Assembly (NCBI GenBank): GCA_016235455.1
Contig: JACRKZ010000082.1
Span: 1-64,000, forward strand
Source: Armatimonadota bacterium
Lineage (GTDB): Bacteria > Armatimonadota > UBA10988
Length of the DNA: 64,000 nucleotides
Direction of reading: 5' to 3'
The notes beneath the pieces are model-generated. The model saw only the letters and a program-made list of their open reading frames with translations, made no database searches and was not told where the DNA came from. Positions 1-8,552 of the stretch are shown piece after piece (position 1 is the first letter of the stretch; every line of letters begins with the position of its first letter). The position numbers were made by a program, and so were the translations under genes.

Positions 1-2
1 CC

Positions 3-2807
3 TCACTTCGCGCCGACGGTCAGCGTGACCAGTTGGTACGGTCGCAGGTCCAGGCTGACCTGGCCGCCAGCCGCGGGCAATTCCTTGCCCCCGACGGCGA
101 CCTTCACCGCACCGCCCGGCACCTTGACCTTCACGCCCTTGGCCTCGGTCATGGCCGTATTGACCACCGCCAGCCAGGTGCCGTGGGTCGGCGTGTCGAT
201 CTGGCGCACCACGACCTTGGCGTCCGACGCCGCACCTTCCAGCCGGCGGCTGGGCAGGGCTGGCAGCGCCAGGAAGTTGGCGTTGAAATCGCGCACATAC
301 TGCCCGAACCCGCGGCCATAGTTGCCGCCGGTCAGGTAAGCGAACTGCGTCGGGTCGCCATTGGCCAGCGCGATTGCCTCGGCCATCATGCAGTACGGCC
401 CGGCCCGTTCATAGTCGCAGACGAAGTAGCCCAGGCGGTCCTGGTCAGCCTTGTCGAACATCATGTTCTCGTTGAGCGGATAGTGCCGCACGAGCGTCAG
501 GCCCGCGGGCGTCCTGAACAGATTCAGGGTGGCCGGGTCCGAGACCGTGTAGAGCCGGTTGAAGGCGTGCGCCAGCATCAGCCCTTCAGCCTTCTGATAG
601 TTGACCGGGTCGTCGGCGGGATGGGCGTGGTGCACCTCCCAGTTGCCCCAGTTCTTGCCCGGCGCCAGCAGGCCCTTCATGAACAGCCCCTGCTCGACCA
701 CCTGGCTCGGCGTGATGGTCGGCACCTGCTTGTCGCGCTGGAACTGCGCCTTTTGGGCGAGCACCTCGGCCCAGGCGGTCGGCGCGTCGGTCACCAGCCG
801 CGGCTCCCAGTCGGCGAACTCCACACCGGGCTCGCCGGGGCAGCCGGTGTACAGCACGAAGGCATTGGCCAGGCCCTTGGCGCGCAGATAGTCACGCACG
901 CCGGCGAAGAAGTCGCGACGCTTCTGCTCCCACCACGCGATGTACTTGGCATACAAGGCCTTGTCGGCCTTGAGCTGCTCACGCGTCACGGCCGTGCCGC
1001 CGTTGGCCTCCTTGGCGAAGCGCTCACGCGTAGCGTCGCCGAAGCCCACGGGCAGCTGCGACCGCGTGCGGATCCACACGCCGGGGAAGCTCGCCTTGTC
1101 AGCCAGACTGACCACGGTGCAGTCGAGCATCTTCTGGAAATCGGCCAGCGTGTCGGGGTCGGTCACGTCGGCATTGGAGGACTCGATCCAGTTGATGTGG
1201 GTGTAAGCGTCGTCGCGGGTCAGCGGCTTGCAGCGCTTCTGATAGCCAAGGCCCTTGTCGCCCTTGCTGCCGGCATACTCGTAGTAAGGCACGACGTCGT
1301 AGCCGTACTTGCCCATCATCGCCACGATCTTGCCCCACAGGTCCTTGGTCCGACCGTCGTGATGCACCCAGGCATTGCCGCCATACGGGGTCGAGTCCCA
1401 GTGCTGGCAGGCGCCGAACTCAAGCAGGTCCTTGGTGTAGGTGTTGATGCCCAGATGGCGCATCAGGTCAGCCTTGTTGCGGTACCAGTCGAGCTCGTTG
1501 AGCACACCGCGGGTCTCGGGCGTCTTGCCCTGGATCACGCCGTCGGCCATCTCCTCGCGCCAGAAGATGCGCCGGTGGGGCAGGTCGCGGGGTGGCAGGG
1601 CCAGCGGCTGGGCCAACTGGTCCTCGTCGATGACCTCGTACAGCGCGATGCGCGCCACGGCCGGGCCGCGACTCAGCGGGTCGTTCTCGGCCGACATGGT
1701 GGCGATGGTCACGTCGAACCCGTCCTCGGGCGTCAGCTTGCGCACGGGGTCGCCGCGCAGCAGGCCCTTTTCGGGGAACCGGTCGTGCAGCCGGAACAGG
1801 TTGGTCCACTGCTGCCAGCGGCCCGAGAGCGGCAAGTTCAGGGACTCGACGTTGCTGTTGACGTACTTGGCGCGCAGGGCGTCACCGGTGCAGAGGCCGG
1901 TGTAGAAGCCCAGCGACGACTCGCAGCCGGTGTTCAGCACCGCCGTCGAGCGCGGCGCGTCCTCGGGGTAGTCGATGACCAGCACATAGGCCGCGCCGGG
2001 CCGCAGCAGCTTCATCCGACCAAGCCGATAGGAGACGTAGCTGCCCTCGCCCGGCTTGGGCGCGACCACGCGACACCTGCGGCCGAGGATCTCGGCCACG
2101 CTGCTGGCGCCTTGCGGCGCTTCGCTCAGCTGATGGTCAGCGCCGGCGGCGGCGCAGTCCACTTCATCCACCAGCGACAGCCTGCCGTAGGGCGCGAGCG
2201 TGATGACCGGTCGCTTCAGCGCCTCGTCCTTGGCCTTGGCCAGGGCGGCCTGGCGCTCGGCTTCGCGAGCCTTGTCGGCCGCAAGACGATCCTGCAGCAC
2301 CTTCCAGCCGGCCGGCGAGTAGGCATCCAGAGCGATCTCGGCGAAGATGGCCGACGGCTGCCGGAGCTCCAGGCGCAGGTAGCGCGAGGGCCGTTCGAGG
2401 GTGACCGACTTCCAGCTCATGTAGGTGTTGGTGTTGACCGTGGCCACGTCCTGCCAGGCCTCGGGCGAGCCGGTCTGGATGAGCACATCGCCGTTGTTGT
2501 AGGTATCGAACAGCCACAAGGTGGCCAACGGCAGCTCACGGCCGAGGTCGACCACGCAGGCGAACGGGAACTTGCCGTTGTGCTGCCCGCCGACCTGCCA
2601 GGCGGTCGTCGGCTTGCCCGACGGCGGGTCGCCCAGGTCCATCTGCTCGTCGACCAACGGCGCAAAGTCGGCCAGCGGCGAACTGGACGTGAGCATGGCC
2701 GCGTTCAACGGCACTCGGTACTGGCCTGGGGGCGTCGCCCACAGAGCCGACACGGCAGACAGTGCGCACAGGGCCCCCAGGCGCACGCCATGGCGTAGGA
2801 TCCTCAC
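3..2807 (-). CDS. Large secreted protein with an N-terminal discoidin/F5-8-like module and a probable glycoside-hydrolase-like catalytic domain (family unassigned)
   Basis: Long ORF. GTG start at 2807 follows GAGGAGGAAG. Hydrophobic signal-like N-terminus, VVDLG...RYLRLEL discoidin-like pattern, aromatic/acidic core and GH-like C-terminal beta-sandwich (DLRPYQLVTL). Confidence 0.6.
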   Translation of the reverse strand: MRILRHGVRLGALCALSAVSALWATPPGQYRVPLNAAMLTSSSPLADFAPLVDEQMDLGDPPSGKPTTAWQVGGQHNGKFPFACVVDLGRELPLATLWLFDTYNNGDVLIQTGSPEAWQDVATVNTNTYMSWKSVTLERPSRYLRLELRQPSAIFAEIALDAYSPAGWKVLQDRLAADKAREAERQAALAKAKDEALKRPVITLAPYGRLSLVDEVDCAAAGADHQLSEAPQGASSVAEILGRRCRVVAPKPGEGSYVSYRLGRMKLLRPGAAYVLVIDYPEDAPRSTAVLNTGCESSLGFYTGLCTGDALRAKYVNSNVESLNLPLSGRWQQWTNLFRLHDRFPEKGLLRGDPVRKLTPEDGFDVTIATMSAENDPLSRGPAVARIALYEVIDEDQLAQPLALPPRDLPHRRIFWREEMADGVIQGKTPETRGVLNELDWYRNKADLMRHLGINTYTKDLLEFGACQHWDSTPYGGNAWVHHDGRTKDLWGKIVAMMGKYGYDVVPYYEYAGSKGDKGLGYQKRCKPLTRDDAYTHINWIESSNADVTDPDTLADFQKMLDCTVVSLADKASFPGVWIRTRSQLPVGFGDATRERFAKEANGGTAVTREQLKADKALYAKYIAWWEQKRRDFFAGVRDYLRAKGLANAFVLYTGCPGEPGVEFADWEPRLVTDAPTAWAEVLAQKAQFQRDKQVPTITPSQVVEQGLFMKGLLAPGKNWGNWEVHHAHPADDPVNYQKAEGLMLAHAFNRLYTVSDPATLNLFRTPAGLTLVRHYPLNENMMFDKADQDRLGYFVCDYERAGPYCMMAEAIALANGDPTQFAYLTGGNYGRGFGQYVRDFNANFLALPALPSRRLEGAASDAKVVVRQIDTPTHGTWLAVVNTAMTEAKGVKVKVPGGAVKVAVGGKELPAAGGQVSLDLRPYQLVTLTVGAK

Positions 2808-2868
2808 AGCGTCTTCCTCCTCGCGGTGAACCTTGGTGGGGACTTCCACATCGGGAGGTTGGTTCCTC

Positions 2869-2948
2869 GAAACGGTGTCAGAGAAACGGTGTCAGGGACC
2901 TTTTCGCTTGCGAAAAGGTCCCTGACACCGTTTCTCTGACACCGTTTC
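2869..2948. repeat. Perfect 39-bp inverted repeat (REP-like palindrome, family A)
   Basis: GAAACGGTGTCAGAGAAACGGTGTCAGGGACCTTTTCGC-TT-reverse complement. Intergenic between divergent genes. Confidence 0.95.
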
Positions 2949-2954
2949 TGGTCC

Positions 2955-2983
2955 TTGCCATCGCACTTCGAATGTGGCAGAAT
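2955..2983 (+). promoter_or_regulatory. Putative sigma70-type promoter for the purA-like gene
   Basis: TTGCCA, 17-nt spacer, CAGAAT preceded by TG (extended -10 like). Confidence 0.5.
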
Positions 2984-3161
2984 TCACGGCGTAGTCTTCG
3001 GACCGCACGAGCCTCCCCCAAGGCGGGCGACAGCCTGCTCCAGTGGGTGCGGATCACCGACCTCAGAGTGTCACAACCGGTCGGCAAAAGGCAAGCTCGG
3101 CGCTGGTAGCGTCGCTGTCTATGTCGACCAGCCAAGGTTTGTGACCAGAGAGAGTGGTGAG

Positions 3162-4454
3162 ATGGACCCGCGTCTAGAGCCCTTCGCTGCCCGTACGGGC
3201 AACCGCAGCCACACCGTCGTCGTGGGCCTGCAGTTTGGCGACGAAGGCAAGGGCCAGATCGTCGACCTGATGGCCGCCCGGCACGACGTCGTTGTACGTT
3301 TCAACGGCGGCGCCAACGCCGGCCACACCGTACGCCTGCCCGACGGAGCCGGCGGCGAGACCCGCATTGCCACGCACCTGCTGCCCTCGGGCGTGCTCAC
3401 CCCCGACCGGCTCAACGTGGTGGCGCATGGCGTGGTGGTCGACCCCGAGCAACTGCTTTCCGAGATCGACGCGCTGGCCGAGCACGGCATCGAGCTGGGC
3501 GCCAGCCTGTGCGTCTCCGAGCGCGCCATGCTCGTGGCGCCGTGGCACAAGCGCGCCGACGCGCTGCTGGAGAAGGCTATCGTCGCCGCCGGCGGGCTGT
3601 CGCTGGGCACCACTGGCCGGGGCATCGGCCCGGCCTACGCCGACCGCGCCTACCGCGTTTCCGCGCTGCGCCTGGGCGACCTGGTGGCACCCGACCTGGA
3701 GAGTCACCTGCGCTCGGTGCTCGACCTGCACAACACCATCCTGGCGGCCCTGGCGGCGCGCGTGGGCGAGCCGTTCGAGCCGTTCGACGCGGCGGAGTGG
3801 GCGCCCCGGCTGGCCCACTGGGGCGAGCGTCTGCGCCCCCATCTGACCGACACCGTGGCGCTGCTGCACGAGGCCGACGCCAAGGGCCTGCGCATCTTGT
3901 TCGAGGGCGCCAACGCCGCGCTGCTGGATGTGGATCTGGGCACCTGGCCGTTCGTCACCTCGAGCCACACCACCGCCCTGGGCGTGCCCAGCGGCGCGGG
4001 CGTGCCCTGCGCCTGGGTCAACCGCGTCATCGGCGTGGCCAAGGCCTACACCTCGCGCGTGGGCGAAGGCCCGTTCGAGACCGAACTGTCCGGCGAACTG
4101 GCCGACAACCTGCGCCAGCGCGGCGGCGAGTTCGGCACGACCACGGGTCGGCCACGGCGCATCGGCTGGCTGGACCTGGTCAGTGTCGGCACCATGGCGC
4201 GCACGGTGGGCGTCACGGAGCTGGCCATCACCGGTCTCGGGCCGCTCGCCGGGCTGCCCCAGGTCTGCTGCCGCGTGCCAGGGCAGGCCGAGCTGGCGGA
4301 GTTCGCGGGCTGGCCCGACGGGCTCGACGCGTTCGCGGCCTATGACGAACTGCCGGCCCCGTTGCAGGCCTATCTGGCGACCATCGAGCAGCACGCGGCG
4401 CCGGTGCGCTGGATCTGTCTGGGCCGGCGGCGCGATCAGGTCTTGCGGCGCTGA
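3162..4454 (+). CDS. purA: Adenylosuccinate synthetase family protein (divergent)
   Basis: GLQFGDEGKG, GGANAGHT, GTTGRGIGPAY, EGANAALLD..GTWPFVTSS, KAYTSRVGEGPF, EFGTTTGRPRRIGWLD. ATG 3162 follows a purine-rich RBS. The TKLD motif is replaced by TGLG. Confidence 0.9.
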   Translation: MDPRLEPFAARTGNRSHTVVVGLQFGDEGKGQIVDLMAARHDVVVRFNGGANAGHTVRLPDGAGGETRIATHLLPSGVLTPDRLNVVAHGVVVDPEQLLSEIDALAEHGIELGASLCVSERAMLVAPWHKRADALLEKAIVAAGGLSLGTTGRGIGPAYADRAYRVSALRLGDLVAPDLESHLRSVLDLHNTILAALAARVGEPFEPFDAAEWAPRLAHWGERLRPHLTDTVALLHEADAKGLRILFEGANAALLDVDLGTWPFVTSSHTTALGVPSGAGVPCAWVNRVIGVAKAYTSRVGEGPFETELSGELADNLRQRGGEFGTTTGRPRRIGWLDLVSVGTMARTVGVTELAITGLGPLAGLPQVCCRVPGQAELAEFAGWPDGLDAFAAYDELPAPLQAYLATIEQHAAPVRWICLGRRRDQVLRR

Positions 4455-5737
4455 CGGAGTTGCTGGGGCCGCGGCTCGCCCAGACCGAACGTGGAAATCC
4501 ACACCGCCAGGCTGAAGACCAGCCCGAAGGTGAAGATGACGATGTAGTCGAAGCGGCCCGCGGCCCAGCCGATGAGCAGCGGCGCGAAGATGAGCATGGG
4601 GGCGGCCGCGGTGGCCACGGTGCCCACGTAGAGCGGCACCTGATCGTCGGGTGCCAGGTCGTAGAGGTAGTTGAGCTGCCCGTTCATCATCCCCACGAGC
4701 CCGACCTCGCCGATGGCGTTGCTGGCCACCAGCCAGGTCAGCAGCGTGCCTTGGGTCACCTGGCCGACCAGCAACGGCGTGACGGCCAGCGACGCGGCGG
4801 CCAGCAGCAGGAACAGCGATGAGTACCGCAGCACCAGGCTGTTGCCGCGCTTGTCGCCCAGCGAGCCCCAGAACAGGTTGCTCACCGAACTGGCCACGAC
4901 GCTGGTGCTGACGATGGTGCCCACCACGCTCGGCGGGAAGTGCAGCCGGCCCAGCGCATAGGGGATGATGAACGCCGCCGGCACCCAACCCAGCGGGCTG
5001 AGGTTGCGGTAGATGCAGAACCGTCGGACGTTCACGTCCGAGCGCAGCACGACCAGTGCCGAGCGCAGGTAGTCGGCCAGCGGCTGGGTCTGCTCGGGCA
5101 CGCTCTCGAGCGGCGGCTCGTCGACGCGCATGAAGCAGAACTGCGCCGCCACCAGGAAGGCGAAGGCCGTACCGAACAGAAGCAGATAGTTGTTGGGGAA
5201 CGGCAGCCCGAGCCGGGGGTCGAGGCAGCGGCTGATGAGCCCGCCCACGAAGAAGGCCAGCACGCCGCCGAGCGCCACGCGCAGCCCGAACATGCGCCCG
5301 CGCCGGTGCGGCACGATGGTACGCGCCACCACATCGCCAAACGCCGGCCCGCCCATGGCATCGCCCAAGCCGAACAGCCCGCACATGGCCACGAAGAACA
5401 GGGCGAGCACCATGGGATAGCGCGGCAGCATGACCACGGCGAACAGCAGTGCGAACTGCGACACCCACTTGATGCGGGCGCCCCGCGCGTAGAACGGCAT
5501 GCGCCGTGGCTCGGTCTCCATGCGGTGCGAGAAGAAGAGCATCGGCAGGCAGCTGAACACCGTGGGTGCCGCCAGGGCCAGGCCGACCATCCACTCGCGG
5601 TGCGTCAACTCGGTGAGGAACGCGGCCACGACGCGCTTGGGGCTGAACACCTCGAAATACAGCCGGACCAGGACGCCGTTGGCCACGATCAGCCAGAAGT
5701 CACGATATTCGGCTGAAAAGGCTCGGCGCAGCCGCAT
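4436..5737 (-). CDS. MFS transporter
   Basis: About 12 hydrophobic segments, RRGRMFG loop and WGSLGDKRGN motif-A-like sequence. Start uncertain (5737 or 5815). Confidence 0.8.
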   Translation of the reverse strand: MRLRRAFSAEYRDFWLIVANGVLVRLYFEVFSPKRVVAAFLTELTHREWMVGLALAAPTVFSCLPMLFFSHRMETEPRRMPFYARGARIKWVSQFALLFAVVMLPRYPMVLALFFVAMCGLFGLGDAMGGPAFGDVVARTIVPHRRGRMFGLRVALGGVLAFFVGGLISRCLDPRLGLPFPNNYLLLFGTAFAFLVAAQFCFMRVDEPPLESVPEQTQPLADYLRSALVVLRSDVNVRRFCIYRNLSPLGWVPAAFIIPYALGRLHFPPSVVGTIVSTSVVASSVSNLFWGSLGDKRGNSLVLRYSSLFLLLAAASLAVTPLLVGQVTQGTLLTWLVASNAIGEVGLVGMMNGQLNYLYDLAPDDQVPLYVGTVATAAAPMLIFAPLLIGWAAGRFDYIVIFTFGLVFSLAVWISTFGLGEPRPQQLRQRRKT

Positions 5738-5861
5738 GGCGGTCGTGCGCGGAGCGACCAACTCCGACAACGGTATGTGGGCCCCTCGTCCCTTGGTCTG
5801 ACACTCTACGCCCATTGAACGTCTTCGCCAAGGCTGGATCTGGTGGCACTGGCGCCCGCGA

Positions 5862-7283
5862 TCAGGCCGCCGCGGCCGGCCGGCGGCGCGTGAACAGCTC
5901 GACCAGCACGGTACGGAACACCTCGACCGCGCCGACGCGGCCCGGCAAGGGCAGCCGCGCGAACAGGAAGACGAAGGCCGCCAGGCGAATGACGAGCGAC
6001 ACGCCGAAGACCAGATGGTAGTGCGACAGCCAGGCCGGCTGCCAGGGCAGCCGTGCCATGTTGGCCTGGAACAGCTTGGCCATGGCGCCGCCCATCGTCG
6101 TGCCGGCCACCGCCGACATGCCCACCACCACCTGGAAGGCGGCGGTATAGGCGGTGCGCCGCTCAACTGGGAACTCGCGCAACTGCATGTAGGCCAGCGC
6201 CTGGTCGATGCCCGGCACGGTCAGCCCGGCGAACGCGGTGGACAGCGGCAGCAGCCAGATGCGGTCGGCATAGCCCGGCCCGGCGCGATGCAGCAGCATC
6301 CACCAGACCGGCAGCGTGATGGCCGCCAGCGAGCCGGCGCGCAACGCCGATTTGGTGCCGTAGCGGTCGATCACCCGCCCCCACACCGGCGAACACCAGG
6401 CCGTGACGAGCTGGGGCAAGACCACGACCATGGCTGTCGTCTGCACCACGGTCAGCCCCAGCCCATGCTCGCCAATGGGCGCGAAGCAGAAGGGGAACAT
6501 GAACGCACCGGTGATGGAATAGGACACCACCGACACCGCCAGATAGGCTGACACCAGCCGGAAGCTGGGCTCCCGCCAAGGGATGATGAGGATCTCGACC
6601 AGCGACGGCCGTTTGGGCGGCGCCTTGCGGGGCGCCTCGCGCACGGGGATGAACAGGAGAATGTCGGCGGCACCACAAAGCGCCGCCACGGTGAACACCG
6701 AGGCATAAACGAAGCCGCGCCCATGGAAGCGGTCGACCAGCAGCGACACGATGACCATGGTGGTCAGCATGGACAGCAGGCCCAGCCGTGTCCGATGCCC
6801 GAAGTAGCGCCCGGCGATGGCTCGCGGCACGATGGTGGACATCCATACCCACCAGCCCACGCCGCCGAAACTGGCCGCCGCCGCCGAGACGAAGATGGAC
6901 GCCACGACCAGCCAGATAGCCTGCTCACGTCCCACGTAGCGCAGCAGCAGCGGCGTCGCCGCCAGCACCAGCCACAACAGCCGGTGCCCGGTGACAAACC
7001 ACATGAACAGCGGCTTGGAGCGCCCGCTGCGCTCGACCACATAGGAGCCCAGGAACCAGAACAGGCTGGCGGCCGGGCCGGCGGCCATGATCAGCCCGTA
7101 GCGCAGGTCGTCGACCTGGAGATACTGCTTGAGGAACGAGGCGAACGCCGGACCGGTGGTGATGGCAAAGAACGCGGCGCCAAAGACCCAGGCGACCACG
7201 ATGTAGCGCAGGGCATGGCGCACCTGCGACGGCGTATAGCCGCCTTCCCACACCCGTTCCTCAGCCGTTCCGTCCGCTGCCAT
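5862..7283 (-). CDS. MFS transporter
   Basis: Multiple TM helices, AGRYFG loop, WGRVIDRYGTK motif A. Confidence 0.85.
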   Translation of the reverse strand: MAADGTAEERVWEGGYTPSQVRHALRYIVVAWVFGAAFFAITTGPAFASFLKQYLQVDDLRYGLIMAAGPAASLFWFLGSYVVERSGRSKPLFMWFVTGHRLLWLVLAATPLLLRYVGREQAIWLVVASIFVSAAAASFGGVGWWVWMSTIVPRAIAGRYFGHRTRLGLLSMLTTMVIVSLLVDRFHGRGFVYASVFTVAALCGAADILLFIPVREAPRKAPPKRPSLVEILIIPWREPSFRLVSAYLAVSVVSYSITGAFMFPFCFAPIGEHGLGLTVVQTTAMVVVLPQLVTAWCSPVWGRVIDRYGTKSALRAGSLAAITLPVWWMLLHRAGPGYADRIWLLPLSTAFAGLTVPGIDQALAYMQLREFPVERRTAYTAAFQVVVGMSAVAGTTMGGAMAKLFQANMARLPWQPAWLSHYHLVFGVSLVIRLAAFVFLFARLPLPGRVGAVEVFRTVLVELFTRRRPAAAA

Positions 7284-7405
7284 GACCGTCTCGCGCGAAG
7301 CATAGCACCGGGATCGCGATGTGGGGTGAAGTGGTTGTGACCAGCGGGACGCAGGCAGGATCCCGCGGCTCGGGCGCGAACGGCGCCTGGGTCGGAGGGA
7401 GCATC

Positions 7406-8533
7406 ATGATGAGCCGACGCCATTTCGTCCAGCTGGCCGGGCTGGCCGCCGCCGCCGCCGCGCGCGGCGCTGAGGGTCAGGCCGGATTCCGGGTCCATGA
7501 GACACGCGCCATCAGTTGGCAGCCGGCCTACTACAACGGCTGGCCGACCGTCGCGCGACGCGCCAATGGCGACCTGCTGGTGGTCTGCTCGGGCGGACGC
7601 GAGGCGCATGTCTGCCCGTTCGGCCGCGTGGAGCTGATGGTCAGCCACGACGAAGGCCACACCTGGGGCTGGCCGCGGGTGGTGCTCGATGGCGACCTCG
7701 ACGACCGCGATGCCGGCGTGCTGGAGACGGCGCGCGGCACGCTGCTGGTGACCAGCTTCACTTCGCTGGCCTATGAGCCCATCATGGCCAAGACAGACGG
7801 CTGGCCCGAGGCCCGGCGGCTGGCCTGGCAGGCCGCGCGCGACCGGCTGAGCCCCGAGGCGCGGAAGGCGCAGCTCGGCCAGTGGATGATCCGCTCGACC
7901 GATGGCGGCCTGACCTGGTCGGCGCGCTACCCCAGCCTGGTCAACAGTCCGCACGGGCCCATCGCGCTGCGCGACGGGCGGCTGCTGTATGCCGGCAAGG
8001 AGCTGTGGACCGGCACACGCAACGGCGTCTGCGAGTCGGTCGACGACGGCCTGACTTGGCGCTGGCTGGCCGAGATCCCCACGCGGCCGGGCGACGATGC
8101 GGTCGAGGGCTACCACGAGTTGCACGCGGTCGAGACCACCGATGGCCGACTTCTGGTGCAGATCCGCAATCACAGCCGGGCCAACGAAGGGGAAACGCTG
8201 CAGTGCGAATCGGCCGACGGCGGCCGGACCTGGTCCGTGCCGCGGCCGATTGGCGTGTGGGGCCTGCCGTCGCATCTGCTGCGCCTGCGCGATGGCCGGC
8301 TGCTGATGACATATGGCCATCGGCGCCCGCCGTTCGGCAACCAGGCCCGGCTCAGCGCCGACCACGGCCGCACCTGGTCCGAGCCGATGATCGTCAGCGG
8401 CGACGGGCCAGGCGGCGACCTGGGCTACCCGAGCACGGTCGAGCTGGCCGACGGACGACTGCTGTCGGTGTGGTACGAAGTGCGGCCGGGTTCGCCGCGG
8501 GCCGTGCTGCGACAGGCGATCTGGTCGCTGTGA
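7406..8533 (+). CDS. BNR/Asp-box (sialidase-fold) protein, Tat-exported
   Basis: SRRHFV twin-arginine signal. Repeated S-x-D-x-G-x-T-W boxes and GDLGYP motif. GGAGGGAG RBS. Confidence 0.85.
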   Translation: MMSRRHFVQLAGLAAAAAARGAEGQAGFRVHETRAISWQPAYYNGWPTVARRANGDLLVVCSGGREAHVCPFGRVELMVSHDEGHTWGWPRVVLDGDLDDRDAGVLETARGTLLVTSFTSLAYEPIMAKTDGWPEARRLAWQAARDRLSPEARKAQLGQWMIRSTDGGLTWSARYPSLVNSPHGPIALRDGRLLYAGKELWTGTRNGVCESVDDGLTWRWLAEIPTRPGDDAVEGYHELHAVETTDGRLLVQIRNHSRANEGETLQCESADGGRTWSVPRPIGVWGLPSHLLRLRDGRLLMTYGHRRPPFGNQARLSADHGRTWSEPMIVSGDGPGGDLGYPSTVELADGRLLSVWYEVRPGSPRAVLRQAIWSL

Positions 8534-8552
8534 CACGTCACGGGAGCAGTGC

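Noticed and set aside
33-2798. Long antisense or alternate-frame ORFs (e.g. 33-2798 +, 3174-5594 -, 15497-17737 +, 41704-44541 +)
   Set aside because: Shadow ORFs expected at very high GC. They lie opposite genes with recognisable motifs and have no motifs of their own.
3162-4454. Calling the purA variant PurZ (Z-base synthesis)
   Set aside because: It retains the catalytic Asp in GDEGKG (PurZ has Ser), and there is no phage, datZ or mazZ context.
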